A stretch of DNA of 62,044 bases, filler included, from Piptocephalis cylindrospora (taxonomy: Eukaryota), in assembly GCA_003614145.1 (NCBI GenBank). It is 13 parts of 13 records of this genome, joined end to end, with 100 filler letters (N's around TTAATTAATTAA, not from the genome) between each part and the next. Parts side by side here need not be neighbours in the genome. Positions count along the whole stretch, not along the records: positions 9,677 to 14,279 come from KZ988485.1; positions 14,380 to 19,087 come from KZ988486.1; positions 19,188 to 23,892 come from KZ988487.1; 10 more parts are not named here. One strand, written 5' to 3'. The notes beneath the pieces were generated by a model. It made no database searches. It worked only from the letters and a program-made list of their open reading frames with translations, and was not told the origin of the DNA. Shown piece by piece: positions 12,523 through 23,992 of the stretch (positions are counted from its first letter, which is position 1; every line of letters starts with the position of its first letter). The position numbers and the translations under genes are program-made.

Positions 12523-13748
12523 TCAATGGCGATGACTGGGGTACTTTTGGGATCTTCTAGAGTGCTTACGATGACCACTTGGCCTTTCATCCTTGACCCG
12601 TCTCTCCTTATCCTCCTCTCGTCGTTTACTGCTGTGCCGTCGCCTCCTCTTCTCATCTTGATCCTTCTGTCTCTCATCCCTCGAGAGACCTGATCTTGCA
12701 TAAGGCTGTAAAAAATTATTAACAGGTGAGGACAGGACGACCCGAGAGTATTAGGCGTCGCCAAGGATGACTTACGTGTGTAGAGGCTGATGATTGAGAG
12801 GGTGTAAAGCGCTGGGGTGGGTGGGAAGCATCAAATTGCTTCATCATCTCTAAAGGGTCCTCCGATCGGACGCGCTCAATCTCCCTATCCTTCCTGGCCA
12901 GATTTCTAAGCAGCCCAGCAGCAGAGATGGGAAACCGGGATTATATTATTCGTGGGCGGTAATATGGATTGAGAACGCAGGTTACCTACCTTTTGGAAGA
13001 GCTTATCTCATGCTCCGTCCTGTTCTCAATTGGCTTTTGCAGACCATACCAAGGACTCGCTTTCCCTAGTGCGGCGGCGGTTGATGGTAAGGATGGGCCT
13101 CCTACATGCCCGCTATTGAGCTCTTACGTGTTTTGCTCCCGCCCAGGTAATTCACAGGGAGCTCCCCTGATGATCCACGCTCCCTTTGGATATCGTGCTT
13201 CCTTGCTGTATCCTATACTCAAGCGTGGTTTGGGAAAAAAGATAGATAAAAATAAGGATAGGATGTCCTCCCAATCTGACCTCTTCTCACCGCCTACCTT
13301 GTGCTCCTCCTCCTTCCAAAAGTTGATGGGATTTTCTGATCTTGAGCTTTGGGCAAGAACATAGCCAAACCGATCTCTTCTAACAGCGTCGTCCGATGCC
13401 CTTGCTCCTTCAGAAGCCGTAGATGGATACTCTTCTGAAGTAGTGCCCCTCCGGACCCTTCTCCTTAGTACTTCGAATCGGTACTCACTTTCCTGTTGGA
13501 TGTTATAGGGCGCGATTAATTGGAGAGTTGATGGATTAGATAATAGTTGGTGACTTACTGCTTCCTGATGTCGACGCTCCTTGGCATTTTGTTCTTCTCG
13601 TGCCTTCTCTTCATCTTTCCGGACTCGTTCCTTATTCTTTGCGCTATAAACGTGCCAGCTAAGAGGAGGTAACGGGGGGATGAGAAATAATAATTCTGAG
13701 GTGTATCTTTCCTGATCCCTCTTACCTCTTCTTTGGTAGGATGTTCAT
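12523..13748 (-). CDS. LENG1: LENG1-like / CIR N-terminal-domain protein (7 exons, 263 aa)
   Basis: Exons 13748-13726, 13658-13559, 13492-13298, 13212-13128, 13065-12990, 12905-12776 and 12705-12523 are all GT-AG and phase-consistent. Protein reads MNILPKKSWHVYSAKNKERVRKDEEKARE...INFW...YLGG...PWY...EDPLEMM with a basic tail. Confidence 0.85.
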
Positions 13749-14279
13749 CTAGTTGAATAGAATAAATAAACACTGAGGGCAAGATGGTGGTAAAGACAAG
13801 GATAAAGTCACATAAGTAAAGATGCTCAGACAACGGAACAAACTCTCTATTCATACCGTACTGGCGAATAAACTTGACTGACAGTTCATCCTGCCAGGGT
13901 CACACGAGGAGACAATCTCATACGTGGTGATAGACATTGGCAAGCAAGCCATCATAAGTTAAAGAGTAATGCTTGGAACTATAAACATACTATATTCCAT
14001 GCTGCTTCGGAGAGAGTGATGAGCTTTCAGTTGAAATTGGCTATTAGATCGGGGCACCTTTAATAATGCTCTTCCAAGATTGTTCTCAGTAAGTGTTATC
14101 TTTTCGTCCATCATCAGCATGTCTCAATCTCAAGGGATGATTCACTAATGTATTAAATGCATGGCGAGTTGCTTTCCTAACAGCATCCGACTAGGTATCA
14201 GCCGTTGAATATCCCTTCACCAATGGTTATGAGCAGCCTTGACAGCTTTATTCATTTGGGTATTCTGATAATGATAGGT

Positions 14280-14379
14280 NNNNNNNNNNNNNNNNNNNNN
14301 NNNNNNNNNNNNNNNNNNNNNNNTTAATTAATTAANNNNNNNNNNNNNNNNNNNNNNNNNNNNNNNNNNNNNNNNNNNN
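14280..14379. other. Artificial contig linker
   Basis: N44-TTAATTAATTAA-N44. Confidence 0.98.
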
Positions 14380-17094
14380 AAGGAGCGGCCAATGGGCCAA
14401 AGAGACCCGCACGTATCGGAAATGGCTGAAGCGCATTGGTATTGCTCTTGCCATCCAGGCCGTTCTCATCGTCCTTCTCTTCCTCATATTTGGTATCTTC
14501 CTTCCCTCCTCCCCCTCCACTCCCTCCACAGGCCCGCTAGCTAGCGTCAGTGGTATCTGTCAGACTAAGGAATGTTTGGACCTCGCCCAAAGAATGCAGG
14601 CGAGCATCAACACTACTGTGGACCCATGCGATGATTTTTATGCTCATAGCTGTGACGGGTGGATTGGTAACACTACTCTTCCAGATGATCAATCCTCTTG
14701 GACTCGATTCAAGGAGCTGCACAAGACTAACATGGGTATGCTCAATGATATTCTTGCAAGGGAGGTAGAGCCAGAACTTTCCACAGAACCTGGTGAGGCT
14801 GAAGTAGACAAGGCCAACCTAGAGCAGCTTCGCTCCATGTACAGTGCCTGCATGGATACCGACACCATCGATGCATTGGGTGGTACACCTATTCATCCTC
14901 TCTTTACCTTGGTTCGCTCCTATTTCTCCCCGGGGATGGACCGAGTTCCTTCGGCCAATCTCTCTTCTCTCATGGGAAGACTCCTGGCCCGTGGGATCAC
15001 CACGCTGCTCTCTGTGCAAGTGAATCCGGATATTCACTCCCCAAAGGATAATCTCATACGCATGGGCCAAGCTGGTATCTCATTTACCAGTACTGGGGCC
15101 TACCACACAAAGTCGGTCTCCCTCCATTATCCGACTCACATCCGACAGGTTCTCTCCTTGGTCCTGGAAAAGGGAATTCGCCGTAAATTTGGGACGGAAG
15201 ACCTTACTCGTATTGCTCAGAGCATCTGGGAATTTGAGTCCAAGCTCGCCGCTATCTTCTCCTCCTCCTCCTGGATAGCTGATCCAGTAAAATCATACAA
15301 TATGTACTCTTTGGGTAATATATCTACCCTCATCACCGCCATGGACGTCTCCCAAGTCCTTAGTAGTATGGTCAACGAGACCGCCCAGTTGATGGGGGTG
15401 AATGAGGAAGGCAGTATGGTCAAGCCCTCCAATGTCACCCACCATGATCTACTCCGAAAGATTGCTCTTGGAAATGATACCCGTATCCAGCTCTCCTCCC
15501 CGGCGTACATGCAGGGGCTTCATCGTCTTCTCACTGGTACCTCGGCTGAGACAGTGCAGTGGTACTTTCTCTGGAAGGTTGCCATCTTTGCAGCACCTCA
15601 TCTTAGCTCCGATATATCTAGTTTGTACCAAGATATTCAAGGGCTGGTCACGGGGATCACTGGGCTCGTGGACCCCTCTCAACGATGGGAGATGTGCGTA
15701 GATTATGTGGAGCAGGCCGCAGGCTTTTCTCTTGGTCGTTATTTTGTCCAAGCTACTTTTACCGGTAGGTTAAATTGGAGGGAAGGATATCTCTCTTTAG
15801 CCATATCTCATTCATCCCTCCCATTCATAGAGAGTACAAAAGAGATGGCTTTGAGCATTGTCCGGGGAATCAAAGATGAATTTGAGGATCGGGCCAAGGT
15901 TCTTCCATGGCTGGACGATACCACTCGAGAAGCTTTACTGACCAAGGTAAGGAGGAGGAAATGAAATCATCTTTCTAATGAATGTAATTTAATTATATCC
16001 CTCATCCCATCCTTCCCTTTGATCCTCAGTCCCGAGCCATTGAGGTCAAGGTGGGATATCCAGTGGACCCAGATGTAAAATCCCCCTCCAGCCTTGCTGG
16101 ATGGTATGATGGTGCCAGGGCCACAAATAAGGACCATGTGGGGAATATGCTCTCCTTTGAGTCCTTAAAGACCTGCAAAACCCTTGGTAAGATTGGCCAG
16201 CCCGTCCATCAAGGGAGGTGGAATGATTTCCCCTCCACCGTCAATGCTTACTACAGTCGGCACCACAACGAGATTGTCTTCCCTTCCGGCATCCTCCAGG
16301 CGCCCTTTTTCAGTGATCTTCTCCCTGATTACATCAACTATGGGTCAATGGGTATGTTTGTGGGACATGAACTCTCTCATGCCTTTGACGTCCAAGGTCG
16401 AAAGTATGATGCGGAGGGGGCTCTGAAGGATTGGTGGACCCCACAGACCGCCACAACCTTTTCCAACAAGACCCAGTGCTTCGTCGACCAACTAAAGCAA
16501 CAGCAGTCCTTCTTATTCCCTCCCTGGGTGGGAAACTTGACGGAAAAGACCGGCTCTCCTTTTGATCCCACTCTCATGATGAGTGAAGTACTGGCTGGTA
16601 AGCTTAGTATTGCGACCTGCTAATTCATACTTTTCCTTGGTCATCTCACCCTTTGATACACTCTATGGTCTGTAGATAACTCGGGTCTAAGACAGGCGGA
16701 AAGGGCTTGGGGCCATCGGCTAGGAAAGGCAGAACCAGGAAGAAATGTCATGCTCCCAGATGCTGTCGCAGGCGCTACCCCCAAGAAACTCTTCTACTAT
16801 GCGTATGCCCAGGACTTTTGTCAGCAGATTCGTCCTGATAAGCTATCATCCAATGTAAGCCATATGAGCTGAGTCAGTATTTATGGATGAGAATGGAGTG
16901 ACGCTTCTCTCTGGCTGACTATCACCCCCATCTATACCTTGGTGCATCGTCCTCGCCAGCTTCAAACGGATCCACATCCGCCCATGCGTCTTCGGGTCCT
17001 AGGTGCCCTGCAGAATTCAGGGGGCTTTTCTGCCGCTTTCCAATGCCCTTTGGGCTCCCCCATGAATCCCAAGGATAAATGCCAACTATGGTAA
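14380..17094 (+). CDS. M13 (neprilysin/ECE-like) zinc metallopeptidase, type II membrane anchor, 5'-truncated
   Basis: N-terminal TM helix, [29 protein letters not shown] (HExxH), EVLAD, DPHPP..RV, and C-terminal [10 protein letters not shown]. Introns 15765-15830, 15947-16029, 16598-16675, 16855-16959. Confidence 0.93.
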
Positions 17095-18525
17095 TGAAGA
17101 CAGGGGAGAGGCGAAAGATGATGAAAGATGAGGTGGAGGGAGGCTGAAAAGATGCAATGTGAAATGGATCAGGGAACAATGGGGAAAACGAAGGTGTACT
17201 TTCAGATGCGTTTAGGGAAAGCTTGGCAAGGTCCTATCGGGGAATGAGAATTATCCTGTCAATTCCAATTCGTTCGGGTATAGGTATCTCGCGTCGTAAA
17301 CTAGATGAATAAGTCACTCACCATCTGAAAGGCGCGTCTGGCCCCGATAATCGTCTCATCTCTCCGGTTCAATGTGCCAAGCGACTTTCTTCACCCATAG
17401 TGATTTTTACATCCATGTCGTCACATGGATCATGTGGTGCTCTTCATCTTATTTTAGAAAGATAGATGAGGAAAGAGGGGTTCGGGGATCTGCCTATCCC
17501 ACCGTATATCAAGGAAGTCTTGTGGTGCCTTCAGCTCTGGTGACTATATTGCACATCATTTTCCCCTTCCCTCCCTCCCCTTCTCCCCCAGACTAACCTA
17601 CCCTGAGTCAGGTAGTGCGGGGGAGCGGAGCTAGGACAGTCGTCTAACGTGTCATCTCCGCCCATCGATACTTGAACGATATGGCTTACTCCGCTCTTCT
17701 CATGCACTCATCATCCGTGATGATTGGACCAGCTCCCTTGCTGAGCCCATCATCCTGTTTCTCATCTTTTCTGCATGATGATGATAATGATGATGATAAA
17801 ACCATTATATTTTTTCCAGCGGGATAGGCAGATGGGCATCCGAACTTTTCCTCATCAAACCCACTTGAAGGTCCCTAGATAAACAGAGGCCCTATCAGGA
17901 GACGGGGAACAGAGTAAGTTGTGAAACATTGCACCGCTTAAAACTCTGACCTGAGAGTAATTTCGGATTTGAGGATAATCATCCCAAGATATCATTAAAG
18001 GAAAATGATGCAATGAATCGATGATTCCAAGGAGAATATAAAAGCACCATTTTGTACTATCCCAATGCCTCCCATGCATTCTGATCTGTGTAGTACAGCT
18101 CTTCCAAGTCCCTCAACCTCACTTTTTCATCTCATTTCTCCATGTATCTCATGTATCCCTTCTATTCAGGTTCCACACTGCATCCAAATTTTAGCAAATA
18201 TTCGCATAATGACAGCGGGTCCGGTCAGGAAGGGGGTGATAAGAGTGGAGGATTCAGTCGATGAAGAGGCGTATATCCTTATGGGAAAAGGGGCAGTCCC
18301 AGCTGTCATAACCGTATTCTCCGTTGTTTATATCCCGTATCACCGATCTGCCCCCTTTCTTAAGTCTGGCTGTCCTCTTGCATTCATTGAGCATTTCCAT
18401 TCATGCCTTGTAATACTAATAAAGCATCTTGATTTTGTTTAAACAATTGATTGTTTAGACCATGGAGAAGGATAAAAGGACGATGTATAAAATGGTGCCA
18501 GGCACAGCCACGCTCACTCTCTCTC

Positions 18526-19087
18526 TCACAGCTGAGTTGTCACCTCGACATGTACCGTCGAACCTTGGAAAATCCCACTTCCACTCCCAGTGGATGGGAC
18601 GGATTCCACTGCCGCCAACGCCTCATCTTGATCTTCAGTCCGCTCTGCATGACACGCAAAGGTAAAGTGACCTCCTGCCAGGAAGCAGACAGGAAGGCAA
18701 TGCACATATTCGGATCGCTCCTTGATCTTAGGAAGGATGGTTTGAGGCTGCCCATTGACTGCGAGGACTTCCTTCAAGTGGCAATCGGCTTTTCCATTCC
18801 CATGATCAAACATGGGTTGAATTCGTAGGAATAACTTGACATCACGCGCTATAAGGGTTTGTGGGGGGAGGGGATATTAACATAAACAAAGGACATATGC
18901 ATGATACAACCATAGAATAACGCAACCTACCTTTGCGATTACGTATCCTTACAATAATCTGGACCATCTCCAGCTCTCGAACACGATATTTACCCGAGCC
19001 AATCTTCTCCACTGCCCCACCCTCTTCGGGATTCTCCATGCCTCGGTCAATGGGCTCAAGGGATGTGGTAATCTCTACCTCAGGGGC
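18526..19087 (-). CDS. TRS120: TRAPP II subunit Trs120/TRAPPC9-like, 3' end only
   Basis: Removing intron 18849-18930 gives ...VQIIVRIRNRKARDVKLFLRIQPMFDHGNG...NGQPQTILPKI...HCLPVCFLAGGHFTF, which resembles the Trs120 C-terminal domain. Confidence 0.6.
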
Positions 19088-19187
19088 NNNNNNNNNNNNN
19101 NNNNNNNNNNNNNNNNNNNNNNNNNNNNNNNTTAATTAATTAANNNNNNNNNNNNNNNNNNNNNNNNNNNNNNNNNNNNNNNNNNNN
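19088..19187. other. Artificial contig linker
   Basis: N44-TTAATTAATTAA-N44. Confidence 0.98.
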
Positions 19188-19199
19188 GACCCCTCCATT

Positions 19200-19207
19200 T
19201 ATAAAAG
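19200..19207 (+). promoter_or_regulatory. TATA box upstream of INH1
   Basis: TATAAAAG about 110 bp before ATG 19312, followed by a CT-rich leader. Confidence 0.55.
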
Positions 19208-19311
19208 GCCCCAGGGCTGTACCTCAACACACCCTCTCCCTCTCTCCTTTCCCCACACCTACACACAATCACCCCTTGCGTCTTTCCCATCCTATATCCC
19301 ACCATCCCACA

Positions 19312-19593
19312 ATGCTTCGTGCCTCCCTCTCTCGATCCACCCGTGCCCTTACCCAGCCCCGTCTCATCTCCATGTCGGCCTACCGTCAGTACACCGAGGG
19401 CGCCATCCGGTCCGGAGGCGACACCTTCTCCAAGAAGGAGAAGGCCGTTGAGGACCACTTTTTCCATCAACAAGAGGTGGCAAAGCTCAAGAAGCTTCAT
19501 GATCAGCTCGCCCACATGGAAAAGGAGGTTTTCCAGAGCAAGGAGCGCGTCAAGGAGAAGCTCAAGGAGCACGAGTCCAAGTCATCCAAATAA
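19312..19593 (+). CDS. INH1: Mitochondrial F1Fo-ATPase inhibitor (IF1/IATP family)
   Basis: R/S-rich presequence, then EGAIRSGGDTFSKKEKAVEDHFFHQQEVAKLKKL and a coiled coil. Confidence 0.88.
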   Translation: MLRASLSRSTRALTQPRLISMSAYRQYTEGAIRSGGDTFSKKEKAVEDHFFHQQEVAKLKKLHDQLAHMEKEVFQSKERVKEKLKEHESKSSK

Positions 19594-20357
19594 GAGGGAG
19601 GAGAGAGGGGGGAAGGCCCTTTTTGTTTTTCCTTTAAAGAGTACATGAGTCTTTACCTCATTGGAACTGGGAGTGCGTGACTGCAATGATAGTAGAGAGG
19701 CGTGGGGTCCTTGCTATTCATAGCATGGATGGTGGGGCCATGGAGGGAGGGAAGGAGAGATGTCATCCCATCACGATGTATCTACACCCACTAGCCCTTT
19801 TCATCTCTGCTTTGAACGAGTGCCCACCATCCTTGGGATGCGAACAGCCATGGTCAAAGGCCCAAACGTCATAGCAACATCCGCGTCCTATGACCCCCGG
19901 ACCACACATCCCCTTATTGCCTTGGTATGCAATCTGTACAAGGCTCGATCATTGCGTATGCAACAAGTACCCGGACCCTCCTGTACTCCGTCCATGGGCC
20001 TCCTCCCTTCCTTCTCGCGGGAGCTGCAAGACGCGTCATTTATCAATAATGCGATCCAGTATGAGTGAAGGCTTGGCACTTGTGGTACCCATCCTCATCT
20101 CAATGAGCATGAGAGGATGATATCCCCTGGGGGTCATTCCCATGACATGCAGTATATGAATAAATGTGTGTGGGTCTGACCAGATGGAAGTGGGTCGGTC
20201 GCGCTACTGTCTCATAGCTAACTTTCCCTCTCCTCCTTCTCCTCTTCTCGTCCCTCTAAAGACCACCCATGTATAAAGTCTCTCCTTTAGATCTGGTCAA
20301 GGAATAAGCTTAACTCATCCCACCTTACCTAACCCCCCTTCATCCTCACACCTTATC

Positions 20358-22295
20358 ATGCCTCAGCCAATTCAACCATTTGCCGTCGTTGATGTGGGAT
20401 CCAACGGGATCCGGTTCACCATCTTCTCTGCCAAGGAAAGACACCTACCTGTTCTGTACAGAGAACGAGTGGGCATCTCGTTGTTCAAGGAGAAAAAGCC
20501 CTCAGGGGACGGAGAGGACCGAACCCTTACTTTGCCCAAGGAAGCCTTGGAAAGGGTGGGGATGGCCTTTACCCGATTGAAGCGACTGACCGTGGAGGCC
20601 GGAGTGCAGGAGACCCTGGTGGTGGGGACCGAGACCGTTCGACTCCTGGGTAATGAGGAAGATTTGACCCGGATCATCCAGGAAGCCTCCGGCTGGTCCC
20701 TCCAGGCCCTATCCTCGGCGGATGAGGCCAGGTACGGCGCCTTGGGAGTTATAGCCACCACGGGAGCTAGCTCTGGCATCATCGTTGACTTGGGGGGAGG
20801 AAGTGTCCAGTGCTCCCATTTGACCCTATCCCATGATTCTGAATCCCCCGGGTCAACGAGTCCGAAAGTCCAGGTGGGGTGGCCTGTTCGAAGCTTACCC
20901 TACGGGGCTGCCGCCGTCATGGCCCGATTGGAGGAGGCCCGATTGGATGGATTGGAGAAGAAGAGGAGCAGGAGGGGGAGCAAGGGCTCTTCTTGGGCAA
21001 TTCTCTCCGGTTTCAAGGGACTAAGGAAGAATTCTCAGGAATCCAAAGGTACCTCTCCTTCCCCCCCTTCCCCCCCTTCCCCTCAAGATCCTTCAGAGTC
21101 TGATGAGGATGTGAGCTTGGTCATGGAAAAGGCCGTAAAGCACTCTTTACTTCAACTTATGGATACTTGGGGTATGGTCGAAGCCATGCCTATCCCTACC
21201 AATCCCCATCGAGATGGGGAGGAGACTCATCCCACCGATGAGACAAAGAGAGAGGAGGAAGGAGAGACAGATGAAACCACCAAGGATACTGTCATCATTC
21301 CCAAAAGATGCTACCTTACCGGTGGGGGAGGAAGAGCCATGGGTTATCTCATCATGCACGTCACCAATGCCCCCTTGAAACTCATCGAAGGATGGACCTT
21401 ACCCATTTCCACTGTCCTGGAGTACATGGATGGATGGGATAAGGATGTGAGGAAGGGCGTGGCTCCAAGGGGCCTTCCCCCTGTTCAGCGCATCCTCGGG
21501 GTCAGTAAGCGTAGGCTGGCCCAGCTTCCCGCCATCCTCCTTATCCTCGGTCAGGTCCTCAGCGTCCTCCGGGATCGAGGGGTCCGCGAAGTCTCTTGGA
21601 GTATGGGTGGCATGCGGGAGGGCCTGGCCTATGGCAAGCTTCTTTCCTCCCAGGAACGTCTTGTCGAATCCCCCGTCTTGTCCACCCTCCAAGCCTGGTT
21701 AAAGGTCCATGGGGGAGGCATTGTGGCCCCCGTAGAGGCTCGAGCGCTTGTTCGAACCATCCAATCTGACCTTCATCTCCAACTCCATCATCCTCGAAGG
21801 TCCCTAGGAGGGATGTTGTCTCTAGAGGAGCAACCCACTGTCCATGTCATGGAAATGGCCATCCAGCTCTCCCAACTCGGCTCCTCCCTCCCCCCAGACA
21901 ATGAGGAAGCACGGTCTAGGTATGCTGCATCTTTTTTCCTCTCCGATGGTGAAGGGGCCTCTTGGAATGGGTTAGAGCACAGAGAAAGGGTTGCTCTGGC
22001 CATTATTCTTTCTTCCAGATGGTCCAAGATCTGTCCAATCGATCCAGACACCCTTACCCTCCTGGATCCCATTGAGCAAGGCAGGTGTCAGGGCATTGGG
22101 CGTATCCTCTCCCTCATCCTCTCCACTTGCCCCACCTCCCTTGACCCCATCCTCGCTGGGAGGACTCGACTTTCCTGGGAGGTTCAAGAGGGTGACGGAA
22201 AGGTCAAGAAGGACGGTACGAGGAAACGACGTGTCCTCCTTACTACACTTGACAAAGAAGAGTCACCCAAGAGCTCCATTGCCATACCTTGGTAA
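20358..22295 (+). CDS. RTG2: Ppx/GppA-family (ASKHA) protein, Rtg2-like
   Basis: VVDVGSNGIRFTI...LPVLYRERVGISLF, EARYGALG, VDLGGGSVQ, SLPYGAAA, YLTGGGGRAMG, GGMREG. Intronless. Confidence 0.82.
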   Translation: MPQPIQPFAVVDVGSNGIRFTIFSAKERHLPVLYRERVGISLFKEKKPSGDGEDRTLTLPKEALERVGMAFTRLKRLTVEAGVQETLVVGTETVRLLGNEEDLTRIIQEASGWSLQALSSADEARYGALGVIATTGASSGIIVDLGGGSVQCSHLTLSHDSESPGSTSPKVQVGWPVRSLPYGAAAVMARLEEARLDGLEKKRSRRGSKGSSWAILSGFKGLRKNSQESKGTSPSPPSPPSPQDPSESDEDVSLVMEKAVKHSLLQLMDTWGMVEAMPIPTNPHRDGEETHPTDETKREEEGETDETTKDTVIIPKRCYLTGGGGRAMGYLIMHVTNAPLKLIEGWTLPISTVLEYMDGWDKDVRKGVAPRGLPPVQRILGVSKRRLAQLPAILLILGQVLSVLRDRGVREVSWSMGGMREGLAYGKLLSSQERLVESPVLSTLQAWLKVHGGGIVAPVEARALVRTIQSDLHLQLHHPRRSLGGMLSLEEQPTVHVMEMAIQLSQLGSSLPPDNEEARSRYAASFFLSDGEGASWNGLEHRERVALAIILSSRWSKICPIDPDTLTLLDPIEQGRCQGIGRILSLILSTCPTSLDPILAGRTRLSWEVQEGDGKVKKDGTRKRRVLLTTLDKEESPKSSIAIPW

Positions 22296-23352
22296 TGTTT
22301 GTTCCTGTTGCATGGAGGTAGGGATGGGAGGGACAGCAATATAAACTTCATCATATGTTGATTTGCCCTATGAAATGATGACGGGGAAATGGTGGCTCTA
22401 TTATTAACTGGGAAGGGGTTGACGTGCTTGGGGCTCCTCTCCCCTTTCCTCTCCTCTATGATAAAAAGAGACTCTTCCATCTGGAAAGGGTTCGTCGGTG
22501 CATTGGCTCAAGGACCTGTTGCATACCTCCAGGGGGGGAATTCATCCTGGATGAAGGGAAAAAGTGGGTCAGGAGGAGAAGGGAGGAGAGGAGTGCAAGA
22601 ACCAGGAGTAGCAGTAGGCAATGGATAGTCCGGATCAATGGATCACGCCTTTTATATGTAAATGGTATTCTCGCATAGGATGAATTAACCATCCTCCTTT
22701 CTGGGATGGACCAAGCGGACGGGTAGGAATGAGGAGGCATTGAAAGATAGAAATGAGGCTGAGGTGGCTGTTTTCCATCTTGTACAAAAATGGAATGGGA
22801 TGGGTTGGTATGACCTTTTTATACAAAAGGGTATGACAAAAGCCGTCCTCCATAGAGCTCATCAGGTAGGGGGCCACATCGATTTGTCCTGGCCGATCTG
22901 GTTCTGTGCAAAGTCCTTTGTCGAGGGAGGGAGAGGGGAGTTTCCCTGGACCAATCCTTTTGGAGTTCAGGCGATGCCCCCCTCCTTTGTTGTCCAACTT
23001 GACCGAGAGAGGAAAGGATAAGACAATGGGAGATCCGCCACCACCTAGACCACCACATCCACGTCATCCCTTCTTTCCATGCCAAAGACAGCATCAATGG
23101 TGCGGGTCACCCTTGCTATGGTTAGACAGACAGCGTCGTGGGGATGGAGTTAGCAATGTAGATCGTCAATATCGCCCATGTGTTTATCCTATTCCAAGGG
23201 GATACCCCATTGAATATGCGCTACTATCCCTTTCTATCATCACTAGAGATGATGGACCACACAGACCCATACACAGAGAGAAAAAGTCAGTTTGATGGAT
23301 CAAGACGTATATTCGGAACGAAAGGACAAGGCACCAGGCCACCCTTCAGGGG

Positions 23353-23816
23353 TCAAACGCGACCTTGAGGATCCGCTGATTTCCAGGATCCGGTGTCGGC
23401 CTCATTGAGCGTACTCCCCTCTATAAGGATGGTGGGAGGACGGGGAAGGGGGGGAAGGGTCCTTTGCCCAACTGGGTTGGAATGGGCCCGACTCCGACTA
23501 GACACCGAGGCAATGGGATTCCTGGCCACTACGGGTACAGGAGGGAAGGGTGTGAGACGCTCCGGGGAAGGGGGGAAGGAGGCATCTAGGTCAAAAACCA
23601 GGCCCATCTCCTGCGCCTCCTTGTTGGTCGACGCCTGTCTCTTTCGATGGCGGTAGATCAACAGGGAAACTGCGAGTACCGCAACCACCACTGCTGCTCC
23701 GCAGGCTGCAGCGATGATCGCGGCCATGGGGGGGGGGCTGGAAGATTGAGTGCCATTTGCATTGTCCGCAACTAGGACGCTCATGGCGATGGTTGGCGTA
23801 GGCTCCGACATACTGA
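23353..23816 (-). CDS. Single-pass membrane protein, probable last exon
   Basis: TM helix AAIIAAACGAAVVVAVLAVSLLIY, then RHRKR and a Pro-rich tail. Pyrimidine tract and AG just upstream, close to the contig end. Confidence 0.55.
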
Positions 23817-23892
23817 CTTGGGGTGGGAAGGAAAGGGGGAGGACGTGAGAGGGGAGTGTCTGTTAAAACCAGAACAGACGAGGGAAATGATG

Positions 23893-23992
23893 NNNNNNNN
23901 NNNNNNNNNNNNNNNNNNNNNNNNNNNNNNNNNNNNTTAATTAATTAANNNNNNNNNNNNNNNNNNNNNNNNNNNNNNNNNNNNNNNNNNNN
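23893..23992. other. Artificial contig linker
   Basis: N44-TTAATTAATTAA-N44. Confidence 0.98.

Noticed and set aside
17614..17708. RNase P/MRP, SRP or U3 identity for the structured element
   Set aside because: GACAGTCG and GGCTTA flanking the stem recall RNase P ends, but the element is far too short and lacks the GGAAAGUC core. There is no SRP helix-8 motif and no U3 box A.
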